The notes under the pieces: model-generated
Told to the model about the DNA's origin: nothing
Seen by the model: only the letters and a program-made list of their open reading frames with translations
The model's database searches: none
Made by a program: the position numbers and the translations under genes
Shown here: piece after piece, positions 25,855 to 33,115 of the stretch
Position numbering within the stretch: position 1 is the first letter of the stretch
Layout of the letters: every line of letters starts with the position of its first letter
Source of the DNA: Chitinophagales bacterium
GTDB taxonomy: Bacteria > Bacteroidota > Bacteroidia > Chitinophagales > UBA10324
Assembly: GCA_025056305.1 (NCBI GenBank)
Contig: JANWWJ010000041.1
Span: forward strand, 302-64,301
Direction of reading: 5' to 3'
Length of the DNA stretch: 64,000 nucleotides

Positions 25855-27213
25855 ATGCCATCTGAGTACGGTGCCCTGGCGTTAATCCCCCCGTTGTTGG
25901 TCATCATCCTGGCTATTCGCTTGCGCAGCTCTTTTGAACCATTGCTGCTGGGATGTCTGGCGGGATTTCTCATCATCTCGCTGAAAGGCGGACCGGACTT
26001 TTTTACCGGCTTTGTAAACACCCTCTACCAGGTCATGATGGATAAAGAAACGATCTGGGTGATCTTGGTATGCGGATTGTATGGCTCGTTGATCGGCCTT
26101 TTGATGCACAGCGGTTCGGCACAGGCTTTTGCCCGCCTGATGTTGAACAACATCCGTTCAAAGCAGAGGGCTTTAATCAGCTCATGGGCTTTGGGCATCG
26201 CTCTTTTCCTTGACGATTACCTCAGCGCTTTGACCACAGGCTCTACCATGAAGCGCGTTACCGACCAGTTCCGCATTTCGCGGCTCATGCTGGCCTATGT
26301 GGTCAATGCCACGGCTGCTTCGGTGTGCGTTATCGTACCGCTTTCTACTTGGACCTTGTTTGTCGGAAGCATCCTGGAAGAATGCGGCTATGCCGCTGCC
26401 GAAGGCGGCAATACCGCATACTGGTCGCTGATCCCATATATTTTTTATGGATGGATATCGGTACTGCTGGTGCCCTTCGTTGTAAAGGGCTGGTTACCGC
26501 TGTGGGGGCGAATGCAACAAGCAGAAACAAACGCCCAGCTTTCCGAAGCAACCCCGGTTGATGTTGACCAACAGATGAACTTAGTGGGCCAACGTTCGGT
26601 AGGAGCCATGCATTTCATCATTCCTCTGGCGGTGCTTTTACTGGCCACCGTGCTGTTGGACTTTGATGCCCTCAAGGGAGTGATGATAGCCGTGCTATTC
26701 ACTTTTGTGTTTTATTTAATACAAAAGATTGCTCCATTTCACAAACTTTCTGAAACCGTTTTCCAAGGTTTCAATTCTATGGTTTATGCCTTGGCTCTGT
26801 TGGTCATGAGCTATGTGCTTAAGGAAGTGGGTGATCAAATGAACCTAACTCGTTATGTCATTGAGCAGGTGCAGCCCTATGTGAATGGCCACTTGTTGCC
26901 AGCACTTATTTTCCTTACCATGGGTGCCATTGCCTGGGCCACCGGCAGTTCGTGGGGGTTGTACGCTGTGGTTATCCCGTTAGTCCTCCCGCTTGCCCAG
27001 TCGTGTGGCGCTGATGTTTCGCTTACCCTCGGAGCGGTGATCAGCGCAGGAGTTTTCGGCGCAAATGCCTGCCTTTTTTCGGATGCGACGATCCTGACGG
27101 CCCAGGCCACCGACACCAACAACGTAGATCATGCCTTGTCCCAACTGCCGTACACCCTGCTGGCTTTTGCTCTTTCTTTGTTGCTGTACCTGCTGGCAGG
27201 TTTTATGTCGTAG
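25855..27213 (+). CDS. NhaC-family (Na+/H+ antiporter-type) membrane transporter
   Basis: ~450 aa with ~11-12 TM. Its overall resemblance is to NhaC/MleN-type antiporters (LIPPLLVIILAI...; C-terminal SDATILTAQAT). ATG 25855 is chosen over GTG 25846. Confidence 0.7.
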   Translation: MPSEYGALALIPPLLVIILAIRLRSSFEPLLLGCLAGFLIISLKGGPDFFTGFVNTLYQVMMDKETIWVILVCGLYGSLIGLLMHSGSAQAFARLMLNNIRSKQRALISSWALGIALFLDDYLSALTTGSTMKRVTDQFRISRLMLAYVVNATAASVCVIVPLSTWTLFVGSILEECGYAAAEGGNTAYWSLIPYIFYGWISVLLVPFVVKGWLPLWGRMQQAETNAQLSEATPVDVDQQMNLVGQRSVGAMHFIIPLAVLLLATVLLDFDALKGVMIAVLFTFVFYLIQKIAPFHKLSETVFQGFNSMVYALALLVMSYVLKEVGDQMNLTRYVIEQVQPYVNGHLLPALIFLTMGAIAWATGSSWGLYAVVIPLVLPLAQSCGADVSLTLGAVISAGVFGANACLFSDATILTAQATDTNNVDHALSQLPYTLLAFALSLLLYLLAGFMS

Positions 27214-27218
27214 CGATC

Positions 27219-27863
27219 ATGTTGCAGCTTCAATTACCTGACAGACTGATCATCACCCATACACAGGCAGCGCATGCCGAAGCACTGGAAGCCCTGCAAC
27301 GCCTGGTATTTCCCCATCTGGCCGAGGAAGAACGGCTGCATGCCGACCAATACCGCCAGCATTTAAAGGTCTTTCCCGAGGGCCAGTTTGTAGCCTTAGC
27401 CGACGGACAGGTGGTCGGCGGCACGACCACGATGCGCTATCGTGCCGACCTCAGCCACATAACCCCACACCGCTTTTACGAAATCATGGGTGGAGGATGG
27501 CTCAGCACCCATCAACCCGATGGCAACTGGCTCTATGGCCTCGACGTCAGTGTGCATCCTGAGTATCGCCAACGCGGCATTGCCCGAGGCTTTTACCGAG
27601 TACGTCAGTATTTGTGTCGGGAGCTGGGCCTTGCCGGCCAGCTTATTGTTGGCATGCTCAACGGATATCAGCGGTACAGCGAAATGATGACTGTAGAGGA
27701 ATACTACGAAAAGGTGCTTAAAGGCGAACTGTTTGATCCGACGGTAAGCGTTCAAATCAAAATAGGGTTTTCGCCAGTAGCCCTGATGAAAGATTACCTG
27801 CATGATGCCACCTGCGGCAATGCAGGGGTTTTAATGGTATTGCCGGCAGAAGCCGACCTGTGA
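27219..27863 (+). CDS. GNAT-family N-acyltransferase
   Basis: The acetyl-CoA binding motif region LDVSVHPEYRQRGIARGFY (Q/RxxGxG/A) lies in a ~214-aa GNAT-sized protein. Confidence 0.75.
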   Translation: MLQLQLPDRLIITHTQAAHAEALEALQRLVFPHLAEEERLHADQYRQHLKVFPEGQFVALADGQVVGGTTTMRYRADLSHITPHRFYEIMGGGWLSTHQPDGNWLYGLDVSVHPEYRQRGIARGFYRVRQYLCRELGLAGQLIVGMLNGYQRYSEMMTVEEYYEKVLKGELFDPTVSVQIKIGFSPVALMKDYLHDATCGNAGVLMVLPAEADL

Positions 27864-27909
27864 ACCATGAGGCCGCCTTTTTTAGGTTAGTTCATAAAAA
27901 TTTTTTTTA

Positions 27910-29256
27910 ATGAATACGATACAGCTACGGACGGAAGTACCCGGGCCCGTTTCCCGGCAATGGTTAGAACGCAGACGCCAGGCATTGCCCACGGGCTTGG
28001 CCCGTTCCACAGATGTGGTGATTGCTTGGGCTGAAGGTGCCCATGTGCGTGATGTGGACGGCAATGATCTGCTGGATTTTGCCGGCGGCATCGGCATGCT
28101 GAATGCTGGTCATCGCCCGCCGGCTGTGGTAGAAGCCCTAAAGAAACAACTGGACCAATACCTCCATGTCTGCACGTTGGTAGCTACCATACCGCCATAT
28201 GTTGAGCTTGCCGAACTGCTCAACAGCTTAGCGCCCGGCAATTTTCCCAAGAAGACATTGCTGGCAAATTCTGGCAGCGAAGCGGTAGAAAATGCTGTTA
28301 ACATCGCACGCTATTATACGCGCCGCCCTGCCGTGGTATGTTTCGAAGGCGCCTATCATGGCCGCACCTTGTTGACGCTATCGCTCACCAGCAAGTACGG
28401 ATTGTTCAAAAAAGGATTTGGGCCTTTTTGCCCCGACATCTACAGGCTGGAAGCCCCTTACCCCTACCGAAGACCAGCTTGCATGGACCAGGAGGAATAC
28501 ATCGACTACTGCTGCCGCCGGCTTGAAGAACAACTTGTTGCCCAAGTAGATCCTGCTGCAGTTGCCGCAATCATCATTGAGCCTGTCCAGGGAGAAGGAG
28601 GCTTTATTCCCATGCCTACACGTTTTCTGCAACGCCTGCGTGAATTAGCCACAGCTCACGGCATCGTGCTCATATTTGATGAGATACAATGCGGAGCCGG
28701 ACGTACGGGAAAGTTTTTTGCCTGCGAGCACAGCGGCGTCATTCCCGATATGATTTGCATGGCCAAATCCATAGGTTCAGGTTTACCGATCAGTGCCGTT
28801 GTTGGTAAGGCTGAAATCATGGACAGTCCACATCCGGGTGGAGTAGGTGGCACGTACGGAGGCAGCCCGCTGGCCTGTGTCGCTGCTTTGGAAACCATTC
28901 GTCAGATCGCTTCGCCGACTTTTCTGCAACGGGCCCAGCAGATCGGAGCGCATTTACAACAAACTTTATCGACTTGGAAAAACCGCTATCGGATTATCGG
29001 CGACGTGCGGGGGTTGGGTGCCATGCAACTCATAGAGTTTGTTCGCGATGGGGATCCCCTAAAACCCGACCCCGAAATCACTTTGTCCATCATTCGCGAT
29101 GCAGTTGCCCATGGCTTGTTGTTGATCCGCGCCGGTTTGTACAGCAGTTGCATACGCCTGTTGCCCCCTCTGGTCATCAGCGATGATCAGCTTCACGAGG
29201 GTTTGGCCGTGCTGGAGGCAGCCATTGCTCGTGCCGAAAAGCAACACGATAAATGA
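27910..29256 (+). CDS. Class-III PLP aminotransferase, 4-aminobutyrate aminotransferase (GabT)-like, second copy
   Basis: GGIGMLNAGHRPP, SGSEAVENAVNIAR, EPVQGEGGF and DEIQCGAGRTGKF. The PLP lysine is in CMAKSIGSGLPISA, and GDVRGLGAM is present. Confidence 0.87.
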   Translation: MNTIQLRTEVPGPVSRQWLERRRQALPTGLARSTDVVIAWAEGAHVRDVDGNDLLDFAGGIGMLNAGHRPPAVVEALKKQLDQYLHVCTLVATIPPYVELAELLNSLAPGNFPKKTLLANSGSEAVENAVNIARYYTRRPAVVCFEGAYHGRTLLTLSLTSKYGLFKKGFGPFCPDIYRLEAPYPYRRPACMDQEEYIDYCCRRLEEQLVAQVDPAAVAAIIIEPVQGEGGFIPMPTRFLQRLRELATAHGIVLIFDEIQCGAGRTGKFFACEHSGVIPDMICMAKSIGSGLPISAVVGKAEIMDSPHPGGVGGTYGGSPLACVAALETIRQIASPTFLQRAQQIGAHLQQTLSTWKNRYRIIGDVRGLGAMQLIEFVRDGDPLKPDPEITLSIIRDAVAHGLLLIRAGLYSSCIRLLPPLVISDDQLHEGLAVLEAAIARAEKQHDK

Positions 29257-30872
29257 GGCATTCCAAGCATATTATTTTTTATAATGCAAACATATTGACC
29301 CAGGACAGCAGGCAGCCTCGGGCTTCTGCTTTGCTGATCAGTGGCGATACCATCCGGGCCGTTGGGGAAACAGCCGACGTTTTGGCCCATGCTTCGGCCG
29401 ACACGCCATTGGTTGACCTGCAGGGATTAACCCTAATTCCCGGCTTTATCGACGCCCATATACACGTCTGGAAGGTTGGTAACTTGCTCACCCACCAGCT
29501 CGATGTTCGGAACGTTCGATCGCTGGACGAGCTGCTCGAAGCGCTGATTGCTTACCGCCGGCAATATCCCGAACGTCGTTGGTTACTTGCGCGGGGTTTT
29601 AATGAGGCATTGTGGCCGCAGGTCCGTATGCCCGACCGCCACGATCTGGACCGCGCTGTCAGCGACCGACCCCTGACAGTTATGCGCACCTGTGCCCACC
29701 AGCTTGTAGCCAACACCGCAGCATTGGAAGCAGCCGGGATTTCTGCAGCGACGGAAGATCCTGCCGGAGGCAGCATAGGTAGAGACAGCACGGGTCAACC
29801 CAACGGTCAACTCATTGAAACGGCCATGGGCTTAATCCTCAACCGCCTGCCGCAACCTAATCCAGAAGAGTATTGTGAGATGATCGAAGCAGCCCAACGC
29901 AGGTTGTTGGAGAACGGGATTACGGCCGCCACCGACCCGGCCGTGATGCCCGATGTACTGCAGGTCTATCGCCACATGTGTCAGCAAGGTCTGCTTCAGG
30001 TGCGCTTGCAGGCTATACCTGTGCGTTTGCCCGAAGGAGCACTACAACCATTGCCCTTGCCCGACCTTTTTGAGCACCCTTACTTGCAAATAAACACCGT
30101 AAAGTTCTTTGCCGATGGTGCCATCAGTGGGCGCACCGCAGCCATGTATCAGCCTTATCCCGGCACCAACCATAGAGGGTGTTTGCGGTTGCAGGCCGAA
30201 CAGCTCTTCCATTATGCCAACGAAGCCCAGCAGGCCGGCTTTCGTATCGCCACTCATGCCATAGGCGATGCAGCTATGGACCTAGTGTGCCATACATACG
30301 AACAGCTCTGGCAGCAATACCGCCGACCTTACAATCGAATTGAACATGTTGGCTTGCCTTCAACCGATAATCTGCATTTCATGCACGAAGCGCACGTCTG
30401 TGCTGTTATGCAGCCAATTTTTATATATGAATTAGGTCGAAATTTTCGACTGTATCTGGATGATGAGCGCCGAAACCGTCTCTATCCCCTCCGGTCGGTA
30501 CGCGACGCCGGTGTAAGGCTGGCTCTTTCCACCGATGCCCCTGTGGTTTCCTCGCTTAATCCTTTTGATAACCTGCGTGCTGCGGTATTTCGCCGGGATG
30601 CCGAAGGCTATTACATCGGCCCCGACCAGGGGCTCACGCCTGCAGAAGCCTTGGAAGCATACACCATGGGCAGCGCATGGGCCAATCAAACCGCCTCCTT
30701 TAACGGTAGCCTCTCGGCAGGCAAGTGGGCCGACTTTGTCGTGTTAAATGACAATCCTTTGCTGTTGAAAGACTCATTGATGGTAGTTGCCACCTTTGTC
30801 GGCGGCACTTTGCGCTACCTTACGCCTCATCCACAATACCATGGCTGGTTACGTGAATTCGAGGGCAAATAA
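29253..30872 (+). CDS. Metal-dependent amidohydrolase (amidohydrolase-3 / YtcJ-like family)
   Basis: The N-terminal metal site is GFIDAHIHVW. There is a later HAIGD histidine and a C-terminal LSTDAPV aspartate. 539 aa. The ATG overlaps the upstream stop (ATGA). Confidence 0.8.
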   Translation: MRHSKHIIFYNANILTQDSRQPRASALLISGDTIRAVGETADVLAHASADTPLVDLQGLTLIPGFIDAHIHVWKVGNLLTHQLDVRNVRSLDELLEALIAYRRQYPERRWLLARGFNEALWPQVRMPDRHDLDRAVSDRPLTVMRTCAHQLVANTAALEAAGISAATEDPAGGSIGRDSTGQPNGQLIETAMGLILNRLPQPNPEEYCEMIEAAQRRLLENGITAATDPAVMPDVLQVYRHMCQQGLLQVRLQAIPVRLPEGALQPLPLPDLFEHPYLQINTVKFFADGAISGRTAAMYQPYPGTNHRGCLRLQAEQLFHYANEAQQAGFRIATHAIGDAAMDLVCHTYEQLWQQYRRPYNRIEHVGLPSTDNLHFMHEAHVCAVMQPIFIYELGRNFRLYLDDERRNRLYPLRSVRDAGVRLALSTDAPVVSSLNPFDNLRAAVFRRDAEGYYIGPDQGLTPAEALEAYTMGSAWANQTASFNGSLSAGKWADFVVLNDNPLLLKDSLMVVATFVGGTLRYLTPHPQYHGWLREFEGK

Positions 30873-30903
30873 TTTTTTTACGTTTGGATCCAAATCGCTT
30901 CGA

Positions 30904-31662
30904 GTGCGTCAGATCTCGATCTATTCCCAGTTGCTGTTGGCCCGCGAACAAGGGCAAAAAAAGTTTGCCGTACTCATCGACCCAGACAAAACCGATGCCG
31001 AGCACCTGTTGCAGGTCGTCAACATGAGTCAGCAATGTGAAGCGGATTATTTGTTTGTGGGCGGAAGCATGTTGCTGAACCAGACCCTGAGCGAGTGTGT
31101 CAGCATCATCAAAAGCGTAACCACTATTCCTGTGATCTTGTTTCCCGGCAGTGTGTTGCAAATATGTGAAGGGGCCGATGCATTGTTGCTCTTGTCGGTG
31201 ATCAGTAGCCGAAATGCTGAGCTGCTTATTGGCCAACACGTAATCGCTGCCCCGATGCTGCAGGCCAGTGGTTTAGAAATCATTTCTACCGGTTACATGC
31301 TTATCGATGGAGGTAGCGCTTCAACGGTAACCTATGTGAGTCAATCGCAGCCAATTCCGGCGCACAGCATTGAATCGGCGGTATGTACAGCTATTGCGGG
31401 CGAGCTGTTAGGACTTCGCACCCTTTACCTGGAAGCCGGCAGCGGTGCGCGGACGCCGGTACGCGCAGAAATGGTGCGTGCCGTGCGCGAACGCACCCAC
31501 GTACCCATATTCGTGGGCGGAGGAGTCCGCACGGCAGAACAAGCTGCAGCTTTATGCCGGGCCGGTGCCGATGTCGTGGTTGTCGGTTCAGCAGCAGAAG
31601 ATAATTTGCAGTCGCTATCGGTGTTGGCCGCTGCAGTGCATGCCTCAGCAGGGGTTCCTTGA
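30904..31662 (+). CDS. Geranylgeranylglyceryl/heptaprenylglyceryl phosphate synthase family protein (PcrB/GGGPS)
   Basis: Motifs KKFAVLIDPDK, YLFVGGS, ILFPGS, YLEAGSGA and IFVGGGVRT. The start is uncertain. GTG 30904 gives a family-typical ~252 aa and avoids overlap with the upstream gene. ATG 30841 is the alternative. Confidence 0.8.
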   Translation: MRQISIYSQLLLAREQGQKKFAVLIDPDKTDAEHLLQVVNMSQQCEADYLFVGGSMLLNQTLSECVSIIKSVTTIPVILFPGSVLQICEGADALLLLSVISSRNAELLIGQHVIAAPMLQASGLEIISTGYMLIDGGSASTVTYVSQSQPIPAHSIESAVCTAIAGELLGLRTLYLEAGSGARTPVRAEMVRAVRERTHVPIFVGGGVRTAEQAAALCRAGADVVVVGSAAEDNLQSLSVLAAAVHASAGVP

Positions 31663-31664
31663 CT

Positions 31665-32630
31665 ATGGCCGGCGAGGAGAAAAACCACGGTACCTTAGAA
31701 GGCATAATCACCCGTTCTGCGGGCCGATGGTACAGTGTACGCCTGAGCGACGGACAAATGGTCCAGGCTACCCTGAAAGGCAAACTTCGCCTCACAGAGC
31801 ATTACACGACTAATCCGGTCTGTGTCGGCGATCGCGTAAGCCTTGAACAACACAACCACGCCTATGTCATCACCGAAGTGAAAGAACGCACCAACTGCAT
31901 TGTGCGGCAATCGGCCCGTGACCAGGCTACCGTGCAGGTGCTGGCTGCCAATCTCGACCAAGCCTTGTTGTTGGTAACGGTAGCGCATCCCCGCACCTCT
32001 TTGGGTTTTATTGATCGCTTTCTGGTGGTGTCAACTGCCTATGGTGTGCCTGTCTTTTTGGCCTTCAACAAGGCCGACCTTTATGATGCGCTCATGATGA
32101 AGCAGGCGGAGCAGTGGAAAAACCTCTACGAAGGGGCCGGCTACTCCAGTCTGTTAATCAGTGCAAAGACCGGCCTGGGATTGGACACGTTGCGCCAGCT
32201 GTTGCTCGGAAAAACAACCCTCGTGGCCGGTCACAGTGGTGTGGGGAAAACTACCTTGATCAATGCGCTGATTCCGGGCTTAAACCTTCGTACAGCCCCA
32301 TTAAGCCGCTACCACAACAAGGGAAGACACACCACCTCGGCTGCCGAAATGTATGCATTACCTTTTTCTGGATATTTGGTCGACACGCCCGGCATCAAAG
32401 AATTAGGAATTTTCAGTTTAAAACTGCATGAAGTAGGTCATTACTATCCCGACTTAAAACCCTATCTGAGCCTATGCCGGTTCCATACCTGCCTTCACCT
32501 CAATGAGCCCGGTTGTGCGGTACGTCAAGCAGTTCAGAACGAACGTATTGCCCCCAGTCGCTACGAAAGCTATTGTTCCATCATACATGAATTGAAAACG
32601 GACGAACCGGTATATGGAAGATCTTTCTAA
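31665..32630 (+). CDS. rsgA: Ribosome small-subunit-dependent GTPase A
   Basis: Circularly permuted GTPase: NKADL, GHSGVGKTTLINAL and DTPG. The zinc-finger region is CRFHTCLHLNEPGCAV. Confidence 0.9.
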   Translation: MAGEEKNHGTLEGIITRSAGRWYSVRLSDGQMVQATLKGKLRLTEHYTTNPVCVGDRVSLEQHNHAYVITEVKERTNCIVRQSARDQATVQVLAANLDQALLLVTVAHPRTSLGFIDRFLVVSTAYGVPVFLAFNKADLYDALMMKQAEQWKNLYEGAGYSSLLISAKTGLGLDTLRQLLLGKTTLVAGHSGVGKTTLINALIPGLNLRTAPLSRYHNKGRHTTSAAEMYALPFSGYLVDTPGIKELGIFSLKLHEVGHYYPDLKPYLSLCRFHTCLHLNEPGCAVRQAVQNERIAPSRYESYCSIIHELKTDEPVYGRSF

Positions 32631-32650
32631 GATTTTCATAAAAAATACGC

Positions 32651-33115
32651 ATGCGTGTAGTCATTCAGCGTGTAAGCCGCGCCTCTGTAAGCATTGAAGG
32701 AAAGAAGCATGCAACCATTGGCCGGGGTCTGTTGGTCTTGGTGGGTATTACCCACGACGACAACGAGCACGACGCCGACCGGCTGGCTTATCGCATTACC
32801 CACCTGCGCATTTTTAATGATTCAGAAGGACTCATGAATTTATCGGTAGTTCAGGTAAGTGGGGAACTATTGGTGGTGAGTCAGTTTACTTTGCACGCTA
32901 CGTTGCGAAAAGGTCATCGCCCCTCTTATGCTTTAGCAGCACCGAGCTCGCAAGCAATGCCTTTATATGAAAAATTTTTAGAACGATTGCAACATCACTG
33001 TCCTCAGCCGGTACGCAGTGGCATCTTTGGCGCTTACATGCAGGTAGAACTCGTCAACGACGGGCCGGTGACCATCATTTTAGACAGCAAGAAGGAAAGG
33101 GAACCGCAGCTTTAA
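32651..33115 (+). CDS. dtd: D-aminoacyl-tRNA deacylase
   Basis: MRVVIQRVSRASV..., SQFTL and NDGPVT motifs. ~150 aa. Confidence 0.92.
   Translation: MRVVIQRVSRASVSIEGKKHATIGRGLLVLVGITHDDNEHDADRLAYRITHLRIFNDSEGLMNLSVVQVSGELLVVSQFTLHATLRKGHRPSYALAAPSSQAMPLYEKFLERLQHHCPQPVRSGIFGAYMQVELVNDGPVTIILDSKKEREPQL

Noticed and set aside
13324-30872. The SusCD/aminotransferase cluster as a tRNA-targeted genomic island
   Set aside because: - The tRNA is on the minus strand, so its 3' end (the usual integration site) faces away from the cluster.
- No integrase, transposase or repeat of the tRNA 3' end was seen by eye.

Horizontal origin cannot be excluded without composition or synteny analysis.
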